Assembly: GCA_038134595.1 (NCBI GenBank)
Contig: JAYPVM010000005.1
Coordinates: forward strand, 128,001-192,000
Direction of reading: 5' to 3'
From: Pseudomonadota bacterium
Lineage (GTDB): Bacteria; Bdellovibrionota_C; UBA2361; OMII01
DNA: 64,000 nucleotides
Position numbers and translations under genes: made by a program. The stretch's first letter is position 1. Every line of letters starts with the position of its first letter. Below are positions 1 to 9,531 of this stretch, in pieces. The notes under the pieces were generated by a model. The model was not told the DNA's origin. It made no database searches and saw only the letters and a program-made list of their open reading frames with translations.

Positions 1-1336
1 CCAACGGCAAATGCAGTAGCCCCTCAAGAATTGGGGACATTTCAGCACTTGTCATAGTGCCCCGTCCCTGCGCTAAGTAAAGCGCCAACAACTCTAATGC
101 AACCAACTGGGTAGAAAATGCTTTCGTAGAAGCAACGCTAATCTCTGGGCCAGCATGAGTATACAAAACCATATCGGCTCGCCGACTCATCGACGCCCCT
201 ACGACGTTACATACAACGAGCGTTGGAGCTACGCCCTTGGCAACTTCAATAGCACCAAGGGTATCAAGCGTCTCGCCCGATTGAGACACGGCTATCACCA
301 ACGTATTCTTGTCGAAGAGGTGTTTTCGATATCGAAACTCTGACGCATAATCCACCTCACAGGGAATCTTCGCAAAGCGCTCAATAAAGAACTTACCTTC
401 AAGACATGCGTGCCAGGCTGTACCACACGCTACCAACACAACTCTTGAGATCGAATCGAGCCTCGAGGCGATAGCATCGAGCTCAGGAAGTACGACCGAT
501 CCCGTTTCCATAACTATTCGACCCCGCATCGTATCTGCCACAGCTTGAGATTGATCGAATATCTCTTTGAGCATAAAATGCTTAAATCCGCCTTTCTGAG
601 CTGTGATAGGATCCCAGGCAACTTGCTCCTGAACCCGAGTCACCAACACTCCACTGTTCTCAACATAAATCGAGTCAGCCTTTATCTCTGCAAGATCTCC
701 ATCCTCTAAAACAACTATTGACCGCGTATGAGGTAGGAGCGCTGGAATATCACTTGCGACAAACATCTCCCCGTCACCACATCCTATAATAATGGGGGTC
801 GAATTTTTTGCTACCAATATCCGGTCGGGATTTTCAACGTCAATCGCCAAGAACGCATAGCTGCCCTTTACCTGACGGCACATCTCTCGCATCGCTTCCA
901 AGGGAGAGCGTCCCTCCTCTACCAAGGTATTAAGAAGCTGAGCCGCTACCTCAGTATCAGTATCCGATTTAAAAACACATCCTTGAGCTTCAAGACCTTG
1001 TCTGAGCGGGATATAGTTCTCGATGATACCATTATGAATGAGACTAATTCTCCCTGCAGAATGCGGGTGAGCATTATTCTCTGTCGGTCTGCCGTGCGTC
1101 GCCCAACGAGTATGTCCGATACCGAGTCGAGCCTCCTTAGTTGCCTGCGCCTCATTACCTGCTAAAACATTTTTAAGCTCGATTAGCTTGCCAGTTGCTC
1201 GATAGACCGATATCTGTCCATCGTGAAACAGTGCCACACCAGAGGAATCGTATCCTCTATATTCCAAACCTTCTAGACCACCGATAAGAATTGGCAAAGC
1301 CTCTCTATTGCCAACATATCCAACTATTCCACACAT
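1..1336 (-). CDS. glmS: Glutamine--fructose-6-phosphate aminotransferase, 5' part (runs off the window start)
   Basis: Not in the ORF track; read by hand. ATG at 1336 gives MCGIVGYVGN..., followed by LEYRGYDSSG and GHTRWATHG, the hallmark class-II glutamine amidotransferase motifs of GlmS. Confidence 0.97.
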   Translation of the reverse strand, partial: MCGIVGYVGNREALPILIGGLEGLEYRGYDSSGVALFHDGQISVYRATGKLIELKNVLAGNEAQATKEARLGIGHTRWATHGRPTENNAHPHSAGRISLIHNGIIENYIPLRQGLEAQGCVFKSDTDTEVAAQLLNTLVEEGRSPLEAMREMCRQVKGSYAFLAIDVENPDRILVAKNSTPIIIGCGDGEMFVASDIPALLPHTRSIVVLEDGDLAEIKADSIYVENSGVLVTRVQEQVAWDPITAQKGGFKHFMLKEIFDQSQAVADTMRGRIVMETGSVVLPELDAIASRLDSISRVVLVACGTAWHACLEGKFFIERFAKIPCEVDYASEFRYRKHLFDKNTLVIAVSQSGETLDTLGAIEVAKGVAPTLVVCNVVGASMSRRADMVLYTHAGPEISVASTKAFSTQLVALELLALYLAQGRGTMTSAEMSPILEGLLHLPL

Positions 1337-1498
1337 AAAACACCCTACTAAACGCTTAGGAATCTAAAACAATTCGAAATATCAAACATTAACCCGCAGC
1401 CCACTCTCCCGCAAGAACCAGCAGCACACCACTAAGCCCCATGGAGCCCGCCCCACCCCCTCAAGTTCAAGAGCAATCGTAAGCGAAGCCAATCCGCT

Positions 1499-1515
1499 TT
1501 GGCATCGATGTTGCT
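1499..1515 (+). promoter_or_regulatory. Putative sigma54 (-24/-12) promoter
   Basis: TTGGCATCGATGTTGCT has exact GG-N10-GC spacing and is close to the YTGGCACGN4TTGCW consensus; ~50 nt upstream of the ATG at 1567. Confidence 0.6.
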
Positions 1516-1566
1516 TACTAGCCTAGCATAGGATGAATTTGCTCACTATAAGCAAGGAAAGCAATC

Positions 1567-2184
1567 ATGAAGACACGATCGATGCGTTCAAGACGAACCA
1601 AAAACCAACAACGTGCAGCTAACATAACTGCCCAACAACGCAAGGCAATTCAGGCTAAAGGTATAAAAACCTTTAACGAATTTGGCAAATCACTCAAAAA
1701 CCTGCTCGGCTCAACCGCAGTTAAAGGAGAGCTAAGCGAGGAGGAACTTTTTGCCGCTACAGCCCATCAGCTGGTTAAAAATCGTTACGGCAATGAGATG
1801 GCAAACAACTTCCGGTCAGTATTTCGTTTGAGCATGGCCGATAAACCGTCCACGGAGCGTTATGCCTCCGCAGAGCGTGCGGCGAAGGAAACTCTCCGAT
1901 TTTTCCGGGACTCGACCCTCCTGACGAGAGAACAGGTGCGAGATGTGCGGCAACTAGCTTTCTCTACCGCTCAGCTTGATGATAATGAGCGAAGACTGTG
2001 GGACAACTGGGGAGATACGAAAGCTGTGACGAAAAACAAACGGGGGCAGGAACTCATCCAATCGCGCCTTGAAGAAGCCGGTGAAGCTCCAGTAACATCA
2101 ACTCAGAAAAAGAATGTCTATACTGAAGAGATAAAGGCTACCAGTCACCGAGCTAAGCGAAGATTCCGAACTAGAATGGTCTAA
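1567..2184 (+). CDS. Hypothetical protein, 205 aa, basic termini
   Basis: Long ORF with AAGGA RBS-like motif; helical-looking core, Arg/Lys-rich ends; no family recognised. Confidence 0.75.
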   Translation: MKTRSMRSRRTKNQQRAANITAQQRKAIQAKGIKTFNEFGKSLKNLLGSTAVKGELSEEELFAATAHQLVKNRYGNEMANNFRSVFRLSMADKPSTERYASAERAAKETLRFFRDSTLLTREQVRDVRQLAFSTAQLDDNERRLWDNWGDTKAVTKNKRGQELIQSRLEEAGEAPVTSTQKKNVYTEEIKATSHRAKRRFRTRMV

Positions 2185-2309
2185 CAGCTTCAAGAGTATG
2201 CGACTGGATGCATACGTAGCTGTGTCATATCTTCCATAGGCAGCTATGTGGTTTGCTTGGCGAGAGGTGTCGATGTCTATTCGGCACGTTTCTGCCGTGT
2301 AGAACAAAC

Positions 2310-3689
2310 ATGATGCTCCCTGTGTTACTAGCCATCAATGCTATCCTCAGCCGATATCGCTACCACAATCTAGTAGTATGTATGAGCGTGGTAACTACTT
2401 TCGCGCTGTTATGTCCGTCGGCCTTTGGCGATCCAAGGGCACATGACTTACCAGTGGCTCCACACCTCCTCGGCTTTGGCACGTTAACCGTCGGAGGCAG
2501 CGGTCGGCACCTCACCCCTCCGTCTACAACAGTCATAACTGTATCCTCCCTAGCGGACCGAGGAGGAGGAACGTTACGAGAATGTATTGAATTTCATAAG
2601 CCAAGGACGTGCATCTTCACGGTTGGGGGGGAAATAATACTAAAGACTCCACTTCGGATACGACACCCATACATCACCATAGCTGGGCAAAGTGCGCCTT
2701 CTCCCGGAATCACTATCTCACACAGTGCGTTACAAATTAAGAGCCATGACATCCTTATACAGCATATCTCTTTTAGGCCAGGTGATTGCACATATGGCAC
2801 TAAGCCAGTCGAGCGGGACGCTATTTCCATCGGTAGCGATAAAGGCTCCGACGTTTTCAATGTCGTGGTCGATCACGTCTCAGCCACATGGGCAATAGAC
2901 GAAAACATCACCATCTGGTATCCGACAAGTCACGACATCACTATCAGCAACTCTCTTATTGCAGAGGGCCTCCATAAATCACTTCATCCAAAAGGCCCGC
3001 ACAGCAAAGGAATCATGATCGGCCCTAACTCGAAAAATATCACACTTATCCGAAACCTCCTCGCTCTAAACCACGAGCGAAATCCCTATATTCAAGGAGG
3101 TTCTACCACTGAAACAATCAACAACGTTGTCTATGGATGGGGCAGTGCGGGACCATGGTGCCTGTCAAACCTTTCCGATACCGGAGTTACCACAAGCAAA
3201 ACGATCGCATCGTTTCGAGGAAATCGCTATATACCTGGCCCTAAAAGCCACATCGCTTTTTTCCTTCATACCCGCCACCTCTCTCAGAATAGCGAAATCT
3301 TTCTACAGGACAATACCATGGCCACTATCACTCCTTCAAAGCGAGAGAATCGCCGACTAAAGTCAAGGATACCGGTGGTCGTACCACCTTCAAGCAGGGT
3401 TCCTAACGCTAAAACACTCTCAAGCGTTGTTATCGAACGGCACGTACTTAGAAATGTTGGTAGCCGACCTTGGGACAGATCCAAGCATGATACTGCAATC
3501 ATAAAAAAAGTGCGTGGTCGACGAGGAGCCCTGCGAAATACCAGTCCTAAATGCCGCGCGCATTCTCCTTCAAGGAGAGAGAAATACGATCTTCCCCTTA
3601 AACCATCTCAACATCACATTCCGACTTTTCCAGTCATAGAAAAGGGAGGCTACACAGCCCTTGAAAGATGGCTGCATGCAATAAACTAG
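2310..3689 (+). CDS. Pectate lyase-like (PL1) beta-helix protein, probably exported
   Basis: GFG..TVGG, GTLRECI, TIAGQSAP, VVVDHVSATWAIDE and HERNP motifs; hydrophobic stretch ending SAFG. The track starts the ORF at 2253 (TTG); ATG 2310 or later is more likely. Confidence 0.85.
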   Translation: MMLPVLLAINAILSRYRYHNLVVCMSVVTTFALLCPSAFGDPRAHDLPVAPHLLGFGTLTVGGSGRHLTPPSTTVITVSSLADRGGGTLRECIEFHKPRTCIFTVGGEIILKTPLRIRHPYITIAGQSAPSPGITISHSALQIKSHDILIQHISFRPGDCTYGTKPVERDAISIGSDKGSDVFNVVVDHVSATWAIDENITIWYPTSHDITISNSLIAEGLHKSLHPKGPHSKGIMIGPNSKNITLIRNLLALNHERNPYIQGGSTTETINNVVYGWGSAGPWCLSNLSDTGVTTSKTIASFRGNRYIPGPKSHIAFFLHTRHLSQNSEIFLQDNTMATITPSKRENRRLKSRIPVVVPPSSRVPNAKTLSSVVIERHVLRNVGSRPWDRSKHDTAIIKKVRGRRGALRNTSPKCRAHSPSRREKYDLPLKPSQHHIPTFPVIEKGGYTALERWLHAIN

Positions 3690-3716
3690 TTTCCAGCATT
3701 CAACGATTACGGCGTG

Positions 3717-4676
3717 CTATGCCTTTACGTGAGAAACGTACCAGTGATGAAATTTACGCATCCCCTCTTGAAAAGAAGTTTGCGGAGAATACTCGAGCAT
3801 CGCACGTGACTTTGTAAGATCTGCATTGGTAATTCGCACATCGCCGGGCTGCATCGGATACTGCTCGATTGCTATAGCCTTTTGAGTGACCGATTCAATA
3901 ATCGAAAGTGCTTCATTTAATGAGACTGTTCCTGAATTGCCGAGATTAAATATCTCATAGCCAAATTCTCGATCAATTGCGTTAATAAAACCGCCAACAA
4001 AATCCTCAATATATGTGTAATCCCTACGCGAAGTTCCATCACCAAACTTCCTTATGGGCTTCCCTTCTAGTGCGGCTACCAAAAACAACCACGGTGCCAT
4101 ATCGGGTCGACCCCGTGGACCATACACAGTAAAAGGCCGAACCACATTAACACTTAATCCATGCAAGCAGTGGTAGGTATAACTCAACAATTCAGTCGAC
4201 TTTTTTGTTGCGGCATAAGGGGAAATAGGCTTGTCGGTTGCAGAATCATCCTCGCAAAACGGAATTGCTTCGGAATTCCCGTATACTGAAGATGAGGATG
4301 TAATGACAGTATTCGACACTCCCATCCGTACACATAACTCAAGCACCTGGAGCGTACCCTCAATGTTAGCCCGCTGATACAAACCGGGATCTTTTATAGA
4401 CGGTCGAACGCCCGCTCTAGCTGCAAGATGCGCAACATGCGTCACATCATAGCCCTTGACAGCTTTATCTAGCATACGCCCATCGCAGATATCTCCCTCA
4501 GTGAAAGAGAATCTCTCGTACCCGCGCAAGATATCTAAGTTAGCTCTTTTGCGTGAAACAGGGTAATAATCATTTAGGTTATCAATTCCGATAACCGAAT
4601 CTCCTCGCCTAAGGAGAGCCTCTGCGACGTGAGAACCAATAAAGCCCGCCGCTCCTGTCACAACTACAGTTTTCAT
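3717..4676 (-). CDS. NAD-dependent epimerase, UDP-glucuronate 4-epimerase-like
   Basis: TGAAGFIG, HLAARAGVR, YAATKK and YGPRGRPDMA motifs. Confidence 0.9.
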   Translation of the reverse strand: MKTVVVTGAAGFIGSHVAEALLRRGDSVIGIDNLNDYYPVSRKRANLDILRGYERFSFTEGDICDGRMLDKAVKGYDVTHVAHLAARAGVRPSIKDPGLYQRANIEGTLQVLELCVRMGVSNTVITSSSSVYGNSEAIPFCEDDSATDKPISPYAATKKSTELLSYTYHCLHGLSVNVVRPFTVYGPRGRPDMAPWLFLVAALEGKPIRKFGDGTSRRDYTYIEDFVGGFINAIDREFGYEIFNLGNSGTVSLNEALSIIESVTQKAIAIEQYPMQPGDVRITNADLTKSRAMLEYSPQTSFQEGMRKFHHWYVSHVKA

Positions 4677-5099
4677 ACCCTTTGGAAACCCACTTATTTA
4701 TCCACTTACCATTAGAGAATCTAACGTTATGAATGTGTCAATCAACACCGACGCTACGACCAATACTAACACTCCGAACGGTCAAAGAAAATGAGCTCCA
4801 TTCTACATATAAAACAGGCCCACTAGAAATCACGGCCCGGCTACTGTACACCGCCTACCATCCTAAAAACAATAGTTTATCACGCCTTCTAATCGCTACA
4901 TCCAAACCTGCAAGTCTCAGCCATGCAGAATAGGTCTCTTAGATGATGTCGCTTATTCGATTCCAATATAAAAAGCTTCATACTCCCTGTTCAATTCATA
5001 AACACAGATAAATCTAAAAATACAAGAAGCCTTTACTGAGATGTTCCATGTATCGCTTCAGCTGCGCAAGCAGGATTTTAAGATTGTGGGGAGTATACT

Positions 5100-6278
5100 A
5101 TGCACACAGAAACCTCTAGCAGACAGACCGGAACCAAATCTCTAAATCCGTTTCGCACTCAGATCACCTTAACAAGACCTACAAGAATTATACGCACTGC
5201 CCTGCTCTCGTTAATCATACTCTCGGCGGGCTGCCTTCGATACACCCCCTCTCACGATGAAATAATCGAACAAAAAAGCGGTGATTCCGAAACCCCAATT
5301 CAATTTGGAGGAAAAGAGGAATTTCAAAAACACGAAGACATCATCGAACAGCGTCTTCAACATTTCATTGCACAACGTTCTACAGACGCAACTAAATCTC
5401 CCACGACGGGCCATCCCTTGCAGGTTGGAGACTCTATCTCTGTCACGGTGTTTGGATTTAACAATCTAACGACAAATGCGACACTCTCACCGGACGGACA
5501 TATTCATCTCCCCTTGATCGGACCGATTAACGTCTTAGGAATGTCACCCGAACGGGCACAATCAACAATTAAGAACCGTTATAGTCATTTCATAAAAAAT
5601 CCGGGGGTCGGAATAAAAGTCGAAAACCAACGAACGTTAAATGTATCAATTTTAGGAAGCGTTCAAAAGCCTGGGCCCTACCCGCTGGCCCACAGTGGCA
5701 ATTTTTTAACCGAAATTCTTTCGGAAGCGGGGGGAAGAACACCTCAAGCCGGCACCCGAATAATTCTCCTTCCATCACAAAAAGCATATCAAGGATTCGG
5801 CAACCAAACTCTTGCAGAAACGTTATCCCAAGAAAACAGTCGACTTGTAGAAGTCGATTTTGAGCAGCTGACCGGAACAACAACAACTCCTCCGATCCGC
5901 ATACCACTGAGACCGGGGGATACCATTATTATCCCTGAGGCGGGAACGTATGAAGTCGATGGTGAAGTAGCACAGCCCGGCTCGTATAAATTGACCTCCC
6001 GGACCAGCGTCATGGGGGCAATAGCAGCTGCTCGAGGCCTTACCTATGCGGCATCTGTGAACAATATAGAGCTTATCAGAGACGTCGGCGGCGGCAAAAA
6101 GGCTCTTATTAGCCTCGACCTGGAAGCGGTTGGACTTCGCGGAGCAAGAGACATTCGACTCCGCAACGGCGACCTCGTCCGAGTCCCGAGCGAGCCGAAA
6201 AAATTCTTCAAACAACAGATCGTCCAAGCGATTAATGGACTGTTCAACGGTGTCGGAGTTAACCAACGAATAAATTAA
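5100..6278 (+). CDS. wza: Polysaccharide export lipoprotein (Wza/OPX family, SLBB repeats)
   Basis: Lipobox-like LSAGC; Poly_export-type DGHIHLPLIG motif; GxVxxPGxY SLBB repeats; 14 bp upstream of wzc. Confidence 0.88.
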   Translation: MHTETSSRQTGTKSLNPFRTQITLTRPTRIIRTALLSLIILSAGCLRYTPSHDEIIEQKSGDSETPIQFGGKEEFQKHEDIIEQRLQHFIAQRSTDATKSPTTGHPLQVGDSISVTVFGFNNLTTNATLSPDGHIHLPLIGPINVLGMSPERAQSTIKNRYSHFIKNPGVGIKVENQRTLNVSILGSVQKPGPYPLAHSGNFLTEILSEAGGRTPQAGTRIILLPSQKAYQGFGNQTLAETLSQENSRLVEVDFEQLTGTTTTPPIRIPLRPGDTIIIPEAGTYEVDGEVAQPGSYKLTSRTSVMGAIAAARGLTYAASVNNIELIRDVGGGKKALISLDLEAVGLRGARDIRLRNGDLVRVPSEPKKFFKQQIVQAINGLFNGVGVNQRIN

Positions 6279-6292
6279 AAGGGTGCCTCATT

Positions 6293-8578
6293 ATGAAACC
6301 AAGCGACCAGACAATTACTGTAGTCCTGCCCAGCAACGGATTCGAGGCTTCCAATCCTGCAGATACACACCAAACCCTCTTGGCAGCTATAAAGCTAGTC
6401 GCTCAATATCGAACATATATCCTAGCATGGATCCTCTGTTTGATGGGTCTTGCCCTGCTATACTGCAGACTTACAACTCCTAAATATCAAGCTTCCGCCA
6501 CACTAGAGGTCCTTCCCTCTAATCCTGTCGTTTCCTTAACCTCAACCGAACTCGCTACGCACTCTCAAAAAAACAACATAGAACATTACAGAACGATAGT
6601 AGCCAAACTCTCTCTTCCTAGCCTCGCTGATTCAGTATTAAGTAGTGTTCCCATCCATCGACACTTTGCCGCCAACGGTGCCACAACACCTGATTCTAGC
6701 CACACCGATGTAGATATTTCGCAATCCAAAATACATGAACCGGCTACAAGTACGAATTCTTCGTTCAAACATTCAACAGGCGAAATATCAGCATACCTCT
6801 CCGCTTTACAGATACTCCCCATGCACGAGACAAATCTTGTGAGCATAACTGCCTCTGCTTCAGACCCATATATTGCACAGCTAATTGCCAATACTCATTC
6901 ACGAACATTCGTGAGATATCTTAACAAGAATAGCAGAGCAAAACTTACTGCCAATCTCAATCTTCTTAAATCTCAAGCCCTGGCTCTTAACGAGCAGATA
7001 CAGCAATCCGAACAGGCTCTAACTTCCTACGCAAAGCAGCATCAGCTTGTCCTTCTAAAGAGCGACAACTCTTCTGCTCTACCCCATCAACAAATCCAAT
7101 CGCTCGCGACCAAATTAGCGGATGCGACAGCTACCCGGATCAAGTCAGAGACTGCTCTAAAGGGGGCGGCTGAGTACTCTCTTAAAGAGAGTTCATTTCT
7201 AGATAACGATATTATTTATCACCTGCGAGGGGACCTCTCTCAAGCCGAAGCGGAATATGCAAGCCTTGGTAGTCAAGTAACAGACGCCTATCCAGGCATG
7301 CGCGAACTCAAAGCTAAAATTAGCTCATTAACAAAAGCGATTCAAATCGAACGAAATCAGAACTTACGATCACTAAAAACTCAATTCGAAGCGGATTTAG
7401 CGAATGAGCAGTCACTCAAAAAGCAAATCGATATCGAGAAGTTAAAGGTTCATCGATCTGCTCGAGCCATGCTCGAATACGATGTACTCAGACGGAGAGC
7501 AGCTTCCCTTAAAAAGCTTCACGCCACTCTACAACAAGAGATGATCGTCACAGAGACTGCTAAGGCGATTATAACACCCAACGTCTCAATCATAGACTAT
7601 GCGCAAGAACCCTTATATCCCACCAGCCCCAGGAAAAATATCGTTGTTATATTAGCGGCTGTACTAGGGTTGGCAGGGGGCGTAATTACCTCCTATATCA
7701 AGCATCTTGCAAAAAACTCCATCGAGACAATCGAGGAGGCAAAAACCGAATTTAGTCTTCCCGTCCTAGGCGCTTTACCACATTTCTATGATGACCATAG
7801 GTCTACTATATCTCTTCCGGCACCAATTCAACTAACTCGGGAGGGCAAGACCATAGCAAATATACCCTCGCTAGTTGCACCTCAAAGCATATTAGCAGAA
7901 GCTTTGCGAACGATTAGAGCAAATGTCCTCCTCTCATCCTTAGATTATCCGCCACGAATCATCCTTATCTCCAGCGCTCTCAAGGGTGAGGGGAAGACGA
8001 CGATTGTTTCAAACCTAGCGATTACCCTCGCCAGAGCCAACCTTCGCACATTGGTCATTGATGCAGACCTTCGCGCTGCTCAGCTGTCAGATATGATGCA
8101 ACCACTCTATACTTCCGAGAATAACGGAGGAGTATCAGATATACTTTTGGGAAAACTATCATCCGATAAAGCTGTCCTGACCACGCAAATACCAGACCTT
8201 GATATCATTCCTGCCGGCACACGGACGACAAATCCTGCTGAGCTACTTGGTACCGCAGCGATGAAGGTGCTTTTAGAGGAACAACGTGAATTCTATGACT
8301 TCATCCTGCTTGACTCCCCTCCTGTCTTGCCCGTAGCTGATGGCCTGCTACTCTCAAGAACCGTCGATGGGGTGCTCTTTGTAATTCGATGCAACAAAAC
8401 ATCAAGAATGTCAGCTCACCTCGCCAAAGAGCATCTACAAAATGCTAAGGCTCGAATCTTAGGAATCATATTAAACGACGTTCCTTCGCCTACCAACGCT
8501 TATGAAACTGGGCCGTATGGTAGTAACTATCTCTATCAAACAGACTCAAGCAACCAGGGCCCGATGGTAGACGTTTGA
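6293..8578 (+). CDS. wzc: Polysaccharide co-polymerase / BY-kinase (Wzc family)
   Basis: Two TM segments flanking a coiled coil; EALRTIR, Walker A GEGKT, IDADLR, LLDSPP; C-terminal Tyr cluster. Confidence 0.93.
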   Translation: MKPSDQTITVVLPSNGFEASNPADTHQTLLAAIKLVAQYRTYILAWILCLMGLALLYCRLTTPKYQASATLEVLPSNPVVSLTSTELATHSQKNNIEHYRTIVAKLSLPSLADSVLSSVPIHRHFAANGATTPDSSHTDVDISQSKIHEPATSTNSSFKHSTGEISAYLSALQILPMHETNLVSITASASDPYIAQLIANTHSRTFVRYLNKNSRAKLTANLNLLKSQALALNEQIQQSEQALTSYAKQHQLVLLKSDNSSALPHQQIQSLATKLADATATRIKSETALKGAAEYSLKESSFLDNDIIYHLRGDLSQAEAEYASLGSQVTDAYPGMRELKAKISSLTKAIQIERNQNLRSLKTQFEADLANEQSLKKQIDIEKLKVHRSARAMLEYDVLRRRAASLKKLHATLQQEMIVTETAKAIITPNVSIIDYAQEPLYPTSPRKNIVVILAAVLGLAGGVITSYIKHLAKNSIETIEEAKTEFSLPVLGALPHFYDDHRSTISLPAPIQLTREGKTIANIPSLVAPQSILAEALRTIRANVLLSSLDYPPRIILISSALKGEGKTTIVSNLAITLARANLRTLVIDADLRAAQLSDMMQPLYTSENNGGVSDILLGKLSSDKAVLTTQIPDLDIIPAGTRTTNPAELLGTAAMKVLLEEQREFYDFILLDSPPVLPVADGLLLSRTVDGVLFVIRCNKTSRMSAHLAKEHLQNAKARILGIILNDVPSPTNAYETGPYGSNYLYQTDSSNQGPMVDV

Positions 8579-8606
8579 GTTTGGCTATCCTATACAATAG
8601 CCAAAC
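8579..8606. terminator. Hairpin between convergent wzc and the sugar transferase gene
   Basis: GTTTGGCTAT-N8-ATAGCCAAAC, a perfect 10-bp stem directly after the wzc stop; no clear U-tract. Confidence 0.4.
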
Positions 8607-8685
8607 CCTCCAAGAGGCTCCCGTTAACATCAACGAGATGGGTGTTTATCGGACAGGCTCTTGTTCCGGAAGGTTAGACTCTGTC

Positions 8686-9417
8686 TTAGCGAGCCCCTGA
8701 ACCCGTTAGCACTACTCCGACTGTACGAACTAGAATCCATAGATCAAACCGAAAGCTTTGCTTTTTGATATAAAGACGATCCAAGCCCAGCTTGCGGCGA
8801 TACCCATCGACACCGTCGGGGTATCCCTGAATAACTTGCGCTAGGCCGGTGAGGCCAGCTTTGACCTGCAGACGGTGCTGGAACCCTCGAATTTTTCCGT
8901 TAAGATCACCTGCTAACTCCGGCCGCTCCGGACGGGGGCCAATAAGCGACATGTCTCCCTTAAGGACATTCCACAACTGTGGCAACTCATCAAGCCGGGT
9001 TTTACGCAAGACCCGACCGACAGCAGTGACTCGCACGTCAGCGCGCTCGGCAAAAACTGCTCCTGAGTTCTGCTCGGCTTCTCTACACATCGAGCGAAAT
9101 TTATACAGCGCAAATGTCGATCCATACTGAGTTAGTCTTGTTTGCCTAAACAGCACTCCTCCCTTGGAAGTACTCGAAATAATAATTGCAATTACTGCCA
9201 TTACTGGCGACAACACAATAAGTAACATTGAGGAGGCACCTATGTCGGTCCATCTTTTAACCCAATCCTGCAGGAGTCTCCCTCTGACAGTCGGTAATGC
9301 CTGTTTTTTTTTCTTAAGGCCGTAGAGACCTAATATTCGATTATTTCTTAGCCGCACAAGATTTTCCTGCTTAGCTGCCACTCCCAAATGGTTATCGATT
9401 TTATTTTGCGCTGTCAT
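8686..9417 (-). CDS. Priming polyprenyl-phosphate glycosyl-1-phosphate transferase (bacterial sugar transferase)
   Basis: KFRSM, RKTRLDELPQLWNVLKGDMSLIGPRPE and GLTGLAQV motifs; GGAGG supports ATG 9417 (track start 9429). Confidence 0.92.
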   Translation of the reverse strand: MTAQNKIDNHLGVAAKQENLVRLRNNRILGLYGLKKKKQALPTVRGRLLQDWVKRWTDIGASSMLLIVLSPVMAVIAIIISSTSKGGVLFRQTRLTQYGSTFALYKFRSMCREAEQNSGAVFAERADVRVTAVGRVLRKTRLDELPQLWNVLKGDMSLIGPRPERPELAGDLNGKIRGFQHRLQVKAGLTGLAQVIQGYPDGVDGYRRKLGLDRLYIKKQSFRFDLWILVRTVGVVLTGSGAR

Positions 9418-9531
9418 TATCTTTCGCACCTCCCTTTAAATAGATCCGTCATCCATCCTCCCTTAACGGCGATCACAGACGATCACTGTCGAGCGATGTA
9501 CAATTATTAAACGAATTCTTATTTACGAATT

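Noticed and set aside
155..1165. Short track ORFs 155-343, 946-1155 and 983-1165
   Set aside because: They overlap glmS, which the track missed because it runs off the window edge.
1337..1500. glmS ribozyme upstream of glmS
   Set aside because: Short spacer shared with a divergent promoter; no recognisable ribozyme core by eye (Rfam not run).
2282..2296. CGGCACGTTTCTGC as a sigma54 promoter for the lyase
   Set aside because: GG-to-GC spacing is 9, not the required 10; kept only as part of the GGCACG motif observation.
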